Below, piece by piece: positions 23,806 to 33,743 of a DNA stretch of 64,000 bases; the stretch's first letter is position 1, and every line of letters starts with the position of its first letter. The DNA lies in assembly GCA_963697085.1 (NCBI GenBank), contig CAVOMR010000003.1, forward strand, positions 1,282,745 through 1,346,744, in the 5' to 3' direction. The notes below the pieces were generated by a model that worked only from the letters and a program-made list of their open reading frames with translations, was not told where the DNA came from and did not search any database. The stretch is from Candidatus Dormiibacterota bacterium (GTDB lineage: Bacteria; Chloroflexota; Dormibacteria; Aeolococcales; Aeolococcaceae). Both the position numbers and the translations under genes were made by a program.

Positions 23806-23848
23806 ACTCGTCGGGGCGGACCGGCGCAGGCTCTAACATCAGGAGCGC

Positions 23849-24280
23849 ATGGAGGCAACCGCCGCGCCGCCAACCGGGCGCAAGATCAGGATCCTCACGG
23901 CCAAGGTCGGCCTCGACGGACACGACCGGGGCGTGAAGGTCATCTCCCGGGCGTTGCGGGACGCGGGCGTCGAGGTGATCTACACGGGCTTGCACCAGAC
24001 CCCGGCGATGGTGGTCGAGGCGGCGATCCAGGAGGACGTCGACGGCATCGGCATCAGCCTCCTGAGCGGCGCCCACATGACCCTCTTCCCGGAGATCATC
24101 CGGCTGCTCAAGGAGCGCGACGCATCGGACATCGTCGTCTTCGGCGGCGGCATCATCCCGGACTCCGACGTGACGGCCCTCGAGAAGCTGGGCGTCGACA
24201 AGGTCTTCACGCCCGGGACCTCACTCGACGAGGCGGTCTCGTACGTCAAAGAGCGATTCGGTTCGGGGGCGGCAGCCTGA
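23849..24280 (+). CDS. Stand-alone cobalamin (B12)-binding domain protein (methylmalonyl-CoA mutase C-terminal-domain-like)
   Basis: RILTAKVGLDGHDRGVKVISRALRDAGVEVIYTG with the DxHxxG B12-binding signature. 143 aa. Confidence 0.85.
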   Translation: MEATAAPPTGRKIRILTAKVGLDGHDRGVKVISRALRDAGVEVIYTGLHQTPAMVVEAAIQEDVDGIGISLLSGAHMTLFPEIIRLLKERDASDIVVFGGGIIPDSDVTALEKLGVDKVFTPGTSLDEAVSYVKERFGSGAAA

Positions 24281-24399
24281 CCCCCGGGCTGCTGTGCCTG
24301 GCCACGGCGGCTGCTCGCGCGACACGTTGCCTCACCGATCCCACGGACAGCAGGGCGACGGTCGCGCCACCACATCCCGCCTTTGCGGCCTTCCGGAAG

Positions 24400-24987
24400 A
24401 TGTCGTACATCTGGGTGGACGGCCGCGCCTTCGAGCCGATCGGCGACAGCCTCGACCTCTGGCTCGTCTTCCTTCGCGACCGGGGAGCTCGGCAGGCGTG
24501 GCTTGACGTGAGCGGCGGCTCTGAGGTCTGCCGCGTGGTCCGGGGCGACGGGAACGAGACCTGGACGATCGTCTGGAACGGCGGCATCTACATGCTCCAC
24601 GGCACCGAGGACACCGGCCCGCCGCGCTCCCGTGAGATCGATCTCGCGGGCATGGCACAGCGTCTCGGCGAGGCGGTCGACGCCGAGCTCGGGGCCGGCG
24701 CGACCGATGTCCGGCGGACCTCGCTGGAGCGGGCACGGGCCATCCTCGCCTCTGACGGCGATGGTGAGGAGCTCTCCGACGTCGCCTGGCCGTACTTCGT
24801 CCTGCCCGAGGGCTCGTCGACGGCATCGCGGCGGCTCATCGCTGCCGCCTGCGCGGCCTGGCCGGAGACCGGCGGTCTGGTCGACCCGGAGGCCGCGACG
24901 CCTCGTGGAGATCCCGGCGTTGAGGCGGCATTGCATGCCATCGCGGCAGCGGTGAACTCTTCGGGAGCCGCCGAGCCGGTAGAGTAG
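24400..24987 (+). CDS. Hypothetical protein
   Basis: 195-aa ORF with strong third-position G+C bias. No family recognised. Confidence 0.5.
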   Translation: MSYIWVDGRAFEPIGDSLDLWLVFLRDRGARQAWLDVSGGSEVCRVVRGDGNETWTIVWNGGIYMLHGTEDTGPPRSREIDLAGMAQRLGEAVDAELGAGATDVRRTSLERARAILASDGDGEELSDVAWPYFVLPEGSSTASRRLIAAACAAWPETGGLVDPEAATPRGDPGVEAALHAIAAAVNSSGAAEPVE

Positions 24988-24995
24988 CCAGTCTG

Positions 24996-25658
24996 ATGGC
25001 CACCGCTCTCGAGCTCCACGCGTCCATCCGGTCGGAGACCGGCCGTCACGTCCACGCCGTCCGCCGGCGCGGCGAGGTCCCGGCGGTCCTCTACGGACAC
25101 AACGTCGAGCCACAGAACATCGCGATCAACGCGCGCACCCTCCAGAAGGTCTGGCACGGTGCCGGCCACAGCCACCTCGTCGACCTCGCCCTCGACGGCG
25201 GGAGAGCGCGCAAGGTCCTGATCCGCGAGCTGCAGGTCAACCCCCGAACTCAGGAGCTCATGCACGTCGACCTCTTCGCGGTGAACCTGCGAGAGAAGCT
25301 CACCGTCGAGATCCCGCTGATCCCGATCGGCGAATCGCCGGCGGTCACCGAGTTCAAGCTCGGCGTGCTCCAGCAGATCATCACCTCGGTCAAGGTGGAG
25401 TGCATGCCGGGCGACATCCCGGCGCTGCTCAACGTCGACATCTCGGGTCTGACCGAGATCGACCAGGGCATCCGCCTTGGTGAGGTACCGCTGCCCGAGC
25501 GCGTCTCACTCGCGACCGGGGTGGATGCGGACGAGCTCGTCCTCAAGGTCGCCCAGGTCCGCGTCGCCGTCGAGGCCGAGGAAGCGGAGGTCGCCGCGGA
25601 GGCCGAGGTCGAGGCCGAAGCCGAGGGCACCGAAGACGACTCCGGGTCGTCCTCCTAG
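24996..25658 (+). CDS. rplY: 50S ribosomal protein L25 / general stress protein Ctc
   Basis: RSETGRHVHAVRRRGEVPAVLYGHN..., long form with an acidic C-terminal tail. Confidence 0.85.
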   Translation: MATALELHASIRSETGRHVHAVRRRGEVPAVLYGHNVEPQNIAINARTLQKVWHGAGHSHLVDLALDGGRARKVLIRELQVNPRTQELMHVDLFAVNLREKLTVEIPLIPIGESPAVTEFKLGVLQQIITSVKVECMPGDIPALLNVDISGLTEIDQGIRLGEVPLPERVSLATGVDADELVLKVAQVRVAVEAEEAEVAAEAEVEAEAEGTEDDSGSSS

Positions 25659-25713
25659 CGGCAGCGATTCAGGTTCCGACGCCGGTGTCTGCCGACACTG
25701 ATGGGAGGCGGCG

Positions 25714-26565
25714 GTGATCGCCGACGCCTCGACCTGCAACTCCGGCAACTGGTTCAACTTCGTCTGCACGGCGATCCAGCCTCACGGCACGACGGGACCG
25801 GTCGGCCCGTTTGTCGAGGCGGCGATCAGCGCGATCGCGATCTTCCTCATCGTCTACGTGATCGGCCGGCTGGTCCGCGTGGTGGTGCTCTGGACGATGC
25901 GCCGGAGCAAGGCCGACCGCCAGGTGCGGACGCTCGTGCGCAACCTGATCATTGTCACAACGTACGTCGTCGCGGTTGTCAGCGGCCTGGTGGTCGCGGG
26001 GGTGAACGTCGCGCTCATCGTGACCGCCGCCGGTGTCGGCACCGTCGCCGTGGGCCTTGCGTTCCAGGACCTGCTTCGCAACGTGCTCGCCGGAATCTGG
26101 CTGCTCCTCGAGCAACCCTTCAGGCTCGGTGACACCATCACCGTGCTCGACCAGACGGGCGCCGTGCAGAACATCACGTTGCGAACGACGACACTCCGCA
26201 CCGGCGTGGGCGAGCTCGCAATCCTGCCGAATCTCACCGTTTTTACCGGCATTGTCATCAACTCGAGCCACTACGACACGCGCCGTCTCAGCGTCACCGT
26301 CCGGCTCCCGGCGGGAGCCGACCTCGCCGATCTGATGCGCCGTTCGCGCGCGATCGTCGAGAAGGTGCCGGGCATCGACGCGAAGCCCGGTGTGACCTTC
26401 GAGCCGATCCTGGACCGTGAGGCGCCACTGCTGCAGTGCAGCTTCTGGGTGGATCAGCGCGAGCAGGACCCGGACGCCGTCACCGCCGCCGTCGCCGAGC
26501 AGCTGTGGGAGGCGGTGGGCGCGAAGCCGCCGCCGGCGAGAAAGGTACCGGAGCCGAAGGCGTGA
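25714..26565 (+). CDS. Mechanosensitive ion channel family protein (MscS-like)
   Basis: TM helices followed by GLAFQDLLRNVLAGIWLLLEQPFRLGDTITV. GTG start after GGGAGG. Confidence 0.8.
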   Translation: MIADASTCNSGNWFNFVCTAIQPHGTTGPVGPFVEAAISAIAIFLIVYVIGRLVRVVVLWTMRRSKADRQVRTLVRNLIIVTTYVVAVVSGLVVAGVNVALIVTAAGVGTVAVGLAFQDLLRNVLAGIWLLLEQPFRLGDTITVLDQTGAVQNITLRTTTLRTGVGELAILPNLTVFTGIVINSSHYDTRRLSVTVRLPAGADLADLMRRSRAIVEKVPGIDAKPGVTFEPILDREAPLLQCSFWVDQREQDPDAVTAAVAEQLWEAVGAKPPPARKVPEPKA

Positions 26566-27164
26566 GCGTCGCGGTTGAGCCTGGCGAACCGATACAACGA
26601 ATCGTGCTGGTGCGCCACGGTGAGACGGAATGGAGCCGCATCAACCGTCACACCGGCCGCAGCGACATCGCGCTCACCGCTCTCGGCGAGGAGCAGGCAC
26701 GCGGTCTCGCCACCACGCTCGCGGGATGGCGTTTCGCGGCGGTCTACGTGAGCCCGCTGCAACGCGCACAGCAGACCTGCGCGCTTGCCGGGTATGGCGA
26801 GGCCGCCGTCATCGACCCTGACCTGATCGAGTGGGACTACGGCTTGTACGAGGGGAAGACGAGCGCCGAGATCCAGACAACACACCCCGGATGGACGCTG
26901 TTCGGCGACGGCGTTCTCGGCGGGGAGACTCTTGCCGATGTCGCCGCTCGCGCGGCGCGGGTCATCGGTCGTGTCCGTGCTGTCTCGGGAGATGTGCTGC
27001 TTTTCGGGCACGGACACCAGCTGCGCATACTCACCGCCCTCTGGCTCGAGTTCGCTCCCGTCGCGGGCCAGCACCTGCAGCTTGCGCCGGCGTCACCGTC
27101 GACGCTCGGGTACGAGCACGACTGGACCGCGCTGTTGAGCTGGAACGGGCTGCACAAGGACTGA
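26562..27164 (+). CDS. Histidine phosphatase family protein (phosphoglycerate mutase-like)
   Basis: GTG at 26562 overlaps the MscS stop (GTGA). RHG motif IVLVRHGETEWS. Confidence 0.8.
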   Translation: MSVAVEPGEPIQRIVLVRHGETEWSRINRHTGRSDIALTALGEEQARGLATTLAGWRFAAVYVSPLQRAQQTCALAGYGEAAVIDPDLIEWDYGLYEGKTSAEIQTTHPGWTLFGDGVLGGETLADVAARAARVIGRVRAVSGDVLLFGHGHQLRILTALWLEFAPVAGQHLQLAPASPSTLGYEHDWTALLSWNGLHKD

Positions 27165-27174
27165 GGGAAGGATC

Positions 27175-27654
27175 ATGTCGATGGCGTTGAACCCGCCGTT
27201 CCCGGAAGGCAACCCGGACGAACGCGAGTTGCTGCTCAGCTGGCTCGGGTTCCTTCGTGGCGCGATCCTGCGAAAGATCACGGGTCTGACGGATGAGGAC
27301 GCGCGATGGACGCCGGATGGACAGCTCATCTCGCTGCTCGGGATCGTGAATCACCTCACGCATCTCGAATGGCGGTGGATCGATGGTGTCATGCGTGGTG
27401 AGGCGACCAGTCGCGGGGAGGCGGAGTTCTATCCGGGTCCGGAGGTGACCGTGGATTCAGCCGTCGCCGCGTACCGTGCGAGGGCGTCGGTCACCGACGA
27501 GTACATCAGAGCCACGCCACTCGACACGCCGTGCAGCGCGGGCGGTCCGACGGACCTGCGCTTCGTCGTCCTGCACCTGATCAACGAGACGGCGCGGCAC
27601 GCCGGCCACGCCGACGCGACGCGTGAGCTGCTCGACGGGGTCGTCGGCGAGTAG
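27175..27654 (+). CDS. DinB family protein (DUF664-type)
   Basis: ERELLLSWLGFLRGAILRKITGLTDEDARWTP...NHLTHLEWRW...ETARHAGHADATREL. Confidence 0.8.
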   Translation: MSMALNPPFPEGNPDERELLLSWLGFLRGAILRKITGLTDEDARWTPDGQLISLLGIVNHLTHLEWRWIDGVMRGEATSRGEAEFYPGPEVTVDSAVAAYRARASVTDEYIRATPLDTPCSAGGPTDLRFVVLHLINETARHAGHADATRELLDGVVGE

Positions 27655-27707
27655 ACGCGCAATCCTGGATCGTGCGGTGCCCTCCACAGCCGCTCCCGCG
27701 TGGAGCG

Positions 27708-28844
27708 TCAGTAGATAAACGCCTCGACGTCGTAGAGCGAACCGATGTGGCGCTGGTCGATGACGCCGAGTCCGAGGTAGTTTCCCTCGTCGATCGTGAA
27801 GCTGTGGCCGCCCTGCACCGAGACCACGTACGCGACATGTCCGAATCCGCTGTAGCCGTGGCCCGGACCGAAGACCACGAGTGCACCGACCCGCGGCGTC
27901 ATTCCCTCAGGACGACCTGCATTGCGCGCGGTCGCGGCCCATTCCCACGCGTTGCCGCTCCAGTTGACGTTGCGAAGCGATGCGGCATACCACGTGCACT
28001 GCCCCCAGGGGAATCCGTCGACGAGAGGCCCGAATGCGAACGGTGGCAATGCGTTCCCGATGACACGCGCTGCGCCCGCGCCGGCTGCGGCGGCTGCGGC
28101 TGCGGCAGCCGCCTCCTGCTCGCGGCGGACCTGCGCGATCTTGGCCCGCACGCCGCGAAGTTGCACCATGAACGTTGCGGCCTTCCCCTTCAGCGTCGAC
28201 GCCTGGTGCGTGTACGCGAGCTCCTCGGTCTGCTGCTGCCCCGCGAGCGTTTGCAGGTTGTTGACAAGTTCCGTCGCCGTCGCCTGATCGCGTGTCTGCT
28301 GCAGGGCGAGCGCGTCCAGCTGATCCTTCTGTCCGCGGATCTGGGTCACGAGCGTCTGGACGCGGTTGCTGACCTGGTCGATGCTCGTGAGCGTGTCCAT
28401 CGCGTCCTGCAGGCTCTTGCTGTCCACGAGGATCGCCGTGACGGTGCCGTCGTCGCTCAGCTCGTACACATGGACGAGCAGCTGTGACAGATCCGTCTGG
28501 TCGGTGTTGTACTGAACGCGCACCAGCTGCAGCTGCTTGGTCGTGTCGGCGAGAGCCTGGTTCGCGTGGTCGAGCTGCAGCTGCGCATTCGCCAGCTCGG
28601 CCTGCGTGTTCGAGATTGCCTGCTCCGATGCGAGCGCGTTACTGGTCGCCTCGGAGCTCCCGTGACTCAGCGACGCGATCTCACGGCTCAGCGCGTTCGC
28701 CTGCGCCGTCAGGGATTGGATCTGATGCGTGAACTGATCCGCGTCAACGCGCACCTCGGTGAGCGGCGAGCCGGCGATGACGAGCGCGATGACGCCCGAT
28801 GCGGCAACGAGGCGAACGCGACCAGCGAGCAAGAGCGCCTCCAT
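27708..28844 (-). CDS. Secreted coiled-coil + CHAP-domain peptidoglycan hydrolase
   Basis: N-terminal signal/TM segment, a long Q/A/L-rich coiled coil, and a C-terminal CHAP domain with catalytic-type [10 protein letters not shown] and GFGHVAYV. Confidence 0.8.
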   Translation of the reverse strand: MEALLLAGRVRLVAASGVIALVIAGSPLTEVRVDADQFTHQIQSLTAQANALSREIASLSHGSSEATSNALASEQAISNTQAELANAQLQLDHANQALADTTKQLQLVRVQYNTDQTDLSQLLVHVYELSDDGTVTAILVDSKSLQDAMDTLTSIDQVSNRVQTLVTQIRGQKDQLDALALQQTRDQATATELVNNLQTLAGQQQTEELAYTHQASTLKGKAATFMVQLRGVRAKIAQVRREQEAAAAAAAAAAGAGAARVIGNALPPFAFGPLVDGFPWGQCTWYAASLRNVNWSGNAWEWAATARNAGRPEGMTPRVGALVVFGPGHGYSGFGHVAYVVSVQGGHSFTIDEGNYLGLGVIDQRHIGSLYDVEAFIY

Positions 28845-29021
28845 GAGAGAGAAGAGAGCTGGAATGGATGCCGGTGCACCGTACCAGCCGGGCTCTCAGC
28901 GGTCAACCCGGTCCAACGTCGGGATCCAGCGTATTCAGAGGAGATTCGATCGTTTCCCGCTCAGCGCCGATTGAGGAGATCGGCGCGATTGCGGCTGAGC
29001 GCGGCGCCCGGCCGACGTACC

Positions 29022-29300
29022 ATGCGCTGCATGGACACGGAGTTCGCCGCGAGGCTGCAGAAGAGTCCCGCCAAAGGCGGCTGGACCTACGTCGTCCTGC
29101 CGGATTCGGCGGAATTCTTCGGAACGCACGGCCTGGTCAAGGTGCGGGGCACCGTCGACGGGAAGCCATTCACGAGCGCGTTCATGGCCATGGGTGACGG
29201 GACGCACAAACTCCCCGTGAAAGCGGACATCCGCAGGGCCATCGGCAAGGAAGCCGGCGACACCGTGAAGGTCCACCTGTCGGAGCGACTCGGAGGCTGA
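29022..29300 (+). CDS. DUF1905 domain protein
   Basis: [32 protein letters not shown]. The upstream part of the 244-aa ORF is antisense to the CHAP gene and is rejected. An alternative ATG is at 29031. Confidence 0.65.
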   Translation: MRCMDTEFAARLQKSPAKGGWTYVVLPDSAEFFGTHGLVKVRGTVDGKPFTSAFMAMGDGTHKLPVKADIRRAIGKEAGDTVKVHLSERLGG

Positions 29301-29322
29301 CCGCCGCCCGCGGGCGATGCTG

Positions 29323-29826
29323 CTACCCCAGCACCAGCCACTGACGGCCATCGATGAGCTCGCGCACCGCGTCGAGGTGACCGGCGTGCACCGCCGTCTC
29401 GGTGATCACGTGCAACAGCATGGCGCGGAGGTCCGCGAACCTCCATGTGGGCCAGCGCTCCTCCGGCCAGGCAGCGGGTGGAGCGTCGAGCGGTGACGCG
29501 GCGATGATGGCGTTCGCCGCTGCGATCTCCGTGCGGTAAAGCTCAAACACCGTCTCCGCCGGTACTTCCGGAGCGACTCTCCACGCCGACGGCTCGAAGG
29601 CGCTGAAGTCCACAGCCTCGCCGGCGAAGATGCCGCGGAACCAGAACCGCTCGACGTCGATCGCGAGATGTTGCACCAGGCCCACACACGTCCACCCCGA
29701 CGCAAGCACCGGACGGTGCAGATCCTCGTCGGAGAGTCCCTCGAGGATCCCGAGCACGTGATCCCGCTGGTTGTTCAAGGACGACAGAAGCGCGCCGCGC
29801 TCGGTGTCGACGGATGTCTCTGCCAC
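29323..29826 (-). CDS. DinB family protein (DUF664-type)
   Basis: LSSLNNQRDHVLGILEGLSDEDLHRPV...HVITETAVHAGHLDAVRELIDG. Confidence 0.75.
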   Translation of the reverse strand: MAETSVDTERGALLSSLNNQRDHVLGILEGLSDEDLHRPVLASGWTCVGLVQHLAIDVERFWFRGIFAGEAVDFSAFEPSAWRVAPEVPAETVFELYRTEIAAANAIIAASPLDAPPAAWPEERWPTWRFADLRAMLLHVITETAVHAGHLDAVRELIDGRQWLVLG

Positions 29827-29952
29827 GGCGACACAGCATACCGACGGCGCGCGGGCACCGTGGCCTCAGCGCCCGAGGGTCACGCGGATGCTTCGCCCGT
29901 GGAGGCCGAGGTGCCGGCGGCTGCCGGGGACACCTGGCAGTGCTGTGCCACC

Positions 29953-30504
29953 ATGCGGCACGAGATGGAGCGGATCGGTCCTGCCGGTGTGGCCATCCGC
30001 CGTCTGGGTGCGGAGGACGCCCAGCTGTACCGAGCATTTCGCATTCGCGCGGTGCGGGAGACGCCGACCGCGTTCACTTCGAGCCTCGCGGAGGAGCATG
30101 CCCGGCCGCTCGCCGCGACGGTCGAGCGCCTGACGGCGCCGGGTCGACCGAACGACGCCATGTTCGGCGCCTTCACGAGCGACATGACGCTCGTGGGGGT
30201 CGTCGGCTTGCACACAGGAGTTGGCGAGCAGGAGCGGCATAAGGCAACGCTCTTCGGGATGGCGGTGTCCCCCGATCACTCCGGGCTGGGGATCGGCACA
30301 GCGCTCGTCCAGCACCTGCTCAGCTACGCGCGCGGAATCGACGGCCTCGCGCAGGTCGATCTTCGCTTCACGGAGGGCAACCGCGCTGCCGATCGTCTCT
30401 ATCGATCGTGCGGGTTTGTCGAATGGGGACGCGAGCCTGACGCGGTGCGCGTCGATGGGCAGGCGATCACCAAGGTGCACATGACCTGCGTGCTCTCCCG
30501 ATGA
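29953..30504 (+). CDS. GNAT family N-acetyltransferase
   Basis: VAIRRLGAEDAQLYRAFRIRAVRETP...FGMAVSPDHSGLGIGTALVQHLL (acetyl-CoA-binding-type motif). An alternative ATG is at 29965. Confidence 0.75.
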   Translation: MRHEMERIGPAGVAIRRLGAEDAQLYRAFRIRAVRETPTAFTSSLAEEHARPLAATVERLTAPGRPNDAMFGAFTSDMTLVGVVGLHTGVGEQERHKATLFGMAVSPDHSGLGIGTALVQHLLSYARGIDGLAQVDLRFTEGNRAADRLYRSCGFVEWGREPDAVRVDGQAITKVHMTCVLSR

Positions 30505-31532
30505 CCTGGACGGGCCCCGGCTTCGTCGACCACCACGCGCATCTCCTCCACGACGCGAGTGTTCGCGGGCCGCGGTGGGGCGGGACTGACGCAATCCGCG
30601 CGCTGCATCGCGCATGCGCTGAGCGTGGCGACACCCCGGTCGACGCGATCGAGCCACCGGAGCGGAACGATCTTCCGGCGGCGCTCCGCGCGGCGATGCA
30701 ACGCGCCGCCGCGGCCGGTCTCGTCGAGATCTGGGAGGCCGGGAGCCGGCACCGGGCGTACTGGACCGCGCTCCGCGCGCTTCGCGACGAGGGGCCACTG
30801 CCCCTCCGAGTCCGTGTGCTCGTCGCAGCCGGCGTGGCAGAGCGCGGAATGCCCGAGCAACTCGGGGACGCGTGGCTCGACGTCGCCGGCGTCAAGTTCT
30901 ACGCGGACGGATGGCTGGGTCCGCGGACCTGCGCGCTGTCCGCGGACTTCCACGACGAACCCGGCAATGAAGGTCTGCTCTTCGAGCCGGCGGATCACCT
31001 CGCACGCCGCATCGAACCGTTCGCGAGTGCAGGATGGACGATCGCGACACACGCGATCGGTGACCGTGCCATCGAGTCGGTGCTCGACGCGTACGAGCGC
31101 GTGTACGGCGACGACTGCGCAGCGGCCGCACCGCGCATCGAGCACGCACAGCTCCTGCGAGCTGACCTCGTTGCACGCATGGCCGCACTCGGAGTCGGCG
31201 CGTGCGTCCAACCTGGCTTCGCTCTCGACGACATGGAGCAGGCGCGTGCAGGGCTGGGTGACGCATGGCCACTCGCCTACCGCTGGAGTGCACTGCTCGA
31301 TGCCGGCGTTCGTGTCGTGACGGGCAGTGACTACCCGATCGATGACCTCGAGCCGTTGCGGGGCCTCGCGAAGCTGATGCGCAATCCATTCGACTCCGTG
31401 TCGCGATCCGACGCGCTGCGGCTGATGACGCGCAGCGACGCGGGCACCATGACGCTCTCCGCGAACCCAGCCGAAGTCGATGTCGACTCCCTCCCTGATG
31501 TCAAGGTGCTTGCGACGAGTCCGTCGGGCTAG
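30501..31532 (+). CDS. Amidohydrolase family protein (Amidohydro_3-like metal-dependent hydrolase)
   Basis: HxH motif FVDHHAHLL, plus ATHAIGDRA, PRIEHAQ and TGSDYP. ATGA overlap with the GNAT stop. Confidence 0.75.
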   Translation: MTWTGPGFVDHHAHLLHDASVRGPRWGGTDAIRALHRACAERGDTPVDAIEPPERNDLPAALRAAMQRAAAAGLVEIWEAGSRHRAYWTALRALRDEGPLPLRVRVLVAAGVAERGMPEQLGDAWLDVAGVKFYADGWLGPRTCALSADFHDEPGNEGLLFEPADHLARRIEPFASAGWTIATHAIGDRAIESVLDAYERVYGDDCAAAAPRIEHAQLLRADLVARMAALGVGACVQPGFALDDMEQARAGLGDAWPLAYRWSALLDAGVRVVTGSDYPIDDLEPLRGLAKLMRNPFDSVSRSDALRLMTRSDAGTMTLSANPAEVDVDSLPDVKVLATSPSG

Positions 31533-31651
31533 CGACCCGCGAGGCAGAGTGGTCATGCCGCAACCGGCGTAAGTGGACCAAGTGGTATGCGAGCTGCGCA
31601 GCACGCACATTGCCATTCAGACGCGTTTGCGGGGCCGGCGCGCGCACATCG

Positions 31652-31730
31652 CTCACCCGTTGGAATGAAATCGCGCGCGACGTCTCACCCGATGGGGTGA
31701 AATGCGCGCCGTACCTGTGATTTCGCGCGC
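31652..31730 (+). repeat. Imperfect tandem direct repeats (about 27-30 bp, two full units plus a partial third) in the intergenic region upstream of the peptide SBP gene
   Basis: CTCACCCGTTGGAATGAAATCGCGCGCG (31652-31679) and CTCACCCGATGGGGTGAAATGCGCGCC (31684-31710), followed by TGATTTCGCGCGC (31718-31730). Confidence 0.55.
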
Positions 31731-31834
31731 AACCGGACGCTACGCTTTTTCGGTTTCACGACGCGCACAACCCATGCGCACGCGTCGTGCTTCGCGATAT
31801 CGGCACAGCGTCCAAGGACATCGGAGGAATCACA

Positions 31835-33634
31835 GTGCGAGCGACAAAAGTCGGTCTCGGTGCAGTCGGGCTGGGGGTGGTCGGTCTGCTCGCCGTTGCT
31901 GCGTGCGGGAGCACGACGGGGGCCACGACGGGCACCCTGGCGTCGTCCCAGGTATTGCACTTTCCCGTCTTCCAGGACCCAGGAACCTGGGATCCCGGTG
32001 AGATGGATGCGGAAGTCGACACCGAGCTCATGCAGAACGTGTTCGACAACCTCTGGCGCTTCGACGACAAACTCAACATCGTTCCGGATATCGCTCTGAC
32101 AGTGCCGACGCAGGCCAACGGTGGCATCTCCGCGGACGGCCTCACCTACACGATCCACCTGAACCCCGCAGCCAAGTTCTCCAACGGCGACCCGGTCACC
32201 GCGAAAGACGTGCTGTACTCGTGGAACCGCGGCGCGGACCTCCAGGGCGCGTACGCATCGATCCTGAGCGCGATCCAGGGCTTCAAGGCCGCGCAGACCG
32301 CTGCCGGTGCACCGCCCTCGTCGGGCACGCCGACGAGCTTCCAGGCGAACATCGAGAAGCAGCTTGCAGCCGGCAACCCCGCATTCATGATGAGCGGCCT
32401 CACCGCGCCCGACGGCGCGAACGGCGAGACCGTGCAGGTCAAGCTCGCGAGCGCCTGTGGCTGGTGCCTCACGGCGTGGACCCTTGAGGGTGCTGTCGGC
32501 GCGATCGTCGACGAGAAGGTCATCGACGGCGCGGGTGTCGACCCCGTCAACTGGTGGCAGACGCCCGCCGACCTCGTCGGCACCGGCGCGTACAAGCTCA
32601 CCTCCTACACGCCAAAGCAGTCGATCGTGTTCAGCCAGGTCCCGAATTGGTGGGGCTCGCCGAAGCCGACTCTCACGACGATCAACATCGACATCAAGGA
32701 CCCCTCGACCGCACCCACCACTGTGGACGCGTTCTTCCAGGGGGGCTACGACATCATCGGCTACGGCGGTGACAGCGCACTGATCCCGCTGGCGAACGTG
32801 CTCGCGATCGACGCCAACTCGCGCGAGAAGCCGGACCTGCTCGTGCAGCCGAAGGGACGCACCACGTGGCTGAGCTTCAACATCGGCTACCCGTCGACCG
32901 GTGGACCGTTCCTCGGTGAGACAGCGGCAGCCAAGGGGCTCCGTCTCGCCTTCGACCTCGCAGTCGACAAGCAGGGCCTGGCCACAACCGTGTGCCACAA
33001 CCTGATCTGCTCGGCGGCGACCGGCGGTCTCATCACCACAGGGCTCGTCGGCAACGGCGGCCCGAACAGCGACCCGCTCGCGAAGTTCGATGCGACCCAG
33101 GCGAAGGCACTGCTCAAGCAGTACGACCCGACGGGCTCGCTGACCAAGAACCTCACCTACTCGTACAACGCCGGCAGCCTCAACGAGAGCGTGGCCGATT
33201 ACCTGCAGAACGAGTGGCAGACCAACCTTGGGGTGCATGTCAACCTCAACTCGGTCTCGGACGCGTCGATCTTCATCAGCAACCGGCTCTCGGGCAAGTA
33301 CGAGATGTCGCGTGACGGCTGGCAGTTCGACTACAACCACCCGCAGGACTGGTACGACAACCTCTGGGGCGCGATCCCCACGGCTGAAGGCGCCAACACC
33401 AGCGGCTTCGACGATCCCCAGTACGACAGCATCCTCAAGCAGGCCGACGCAGAGCCGCTGCAGACAGCGCTTCCTCTGTACAACCAGCTGTCGACCATCC
33501 TGCAGAACGATGTCGTCTACATCCCCCTCTACTACTCGGTGGGCAATTTCCTGATCCAGCCGTACGTCAAGGCCGCAGGTTCGAACACCGCCTTCGACCA
33601 CTACTGGGACGAGATCAAGATCCTCAACCACTGA
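31835..33634 (+). CDS. ABC transporter substrate-binding lipoprotein, peptide/nickel (family 5, OppA/DppA-like)
   Basis: GTG at 31835 after GGAGGA. Lipobox LLAVAACGS. Family-5 SBP-like body of about 600 aa. Confidence 0.85.
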   Translation: MRATKVGLGAVGLGVVGLLAVAACGSTTGATTGTLASSQVLHFPVFQDPGTWDPGEMDAEVDTELMQNVFDNLWRFDDKLNIVPDIALTVPTQANGGISADGLTYTIHLNPAAKFSNGDPVTAKDVLYSWNRGADLQGAYASILSAIQGFKAAQTAAGAPPSSGTPTSFQANIEKQLAAGNPAFMMSGLTAPDGANGETVQVKLASACGWCLTAWTLEGAVGAIVDEKVIDGAGVDPVNWWQTPADLVGTGAYKLTSYTPKQSIVFSQVPNWWGSPKPTLTTINIDIKDPSTAPTTVDAFFQGGYDIIGYGGDSALIPLANVLAIDANSREKPDLLVQPKGRTTWLSFNIGYPSTGGPFLGETAAAKGLRLAFDLAVDKQGLATTVCHNLICSAATGGLITTGLVGNGGPNSDPLAKFDATQAKALLKQYDPTGSLTKNLTYSYNAGSLNESVADYLQNEWQTNLGVHVNLNSVSDASIFISNRLSGKYEMSRDGWQFDYNHPQDWYDNLWGAIPTAEGANTSGFDDPQYDSILKQADAEPLQTALPLYNQLSTILQNDVVYIPLYYSVGNFLIQPYVKAAGSNTAFDHYWDEIKILNH

Positions 33635-33663
33635 GAACCTCCACTTCCCCCGGCCCGTTTATG

Positions 33664-33693
33664 GGGCGCCCGGCATCGTGCCGGGCGCCCTTT
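33664..33693 (+). terminator. Rho-independent terminator after the SBP gene
   Basis: Perfect 12-bp stem GGGCGCCCGGCA / TGCCGGGCGCCC with a 3-nt loop, followed by TTT. Confidence 0.65.
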
Positions 33694-33743
33694 CATATTC
33701 CCGGATCCGTTGCGGCGCGAGTGCCATGCAGAATACGCGCACC

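Noticed and set aside
31685-33631. 648-aa minus-strand ORF.
   Set aside because: It is antisense to the family-5 substrate-binding protein gene. Its composition is Arg/Val/Asp-rich and it has no recognisable domain.
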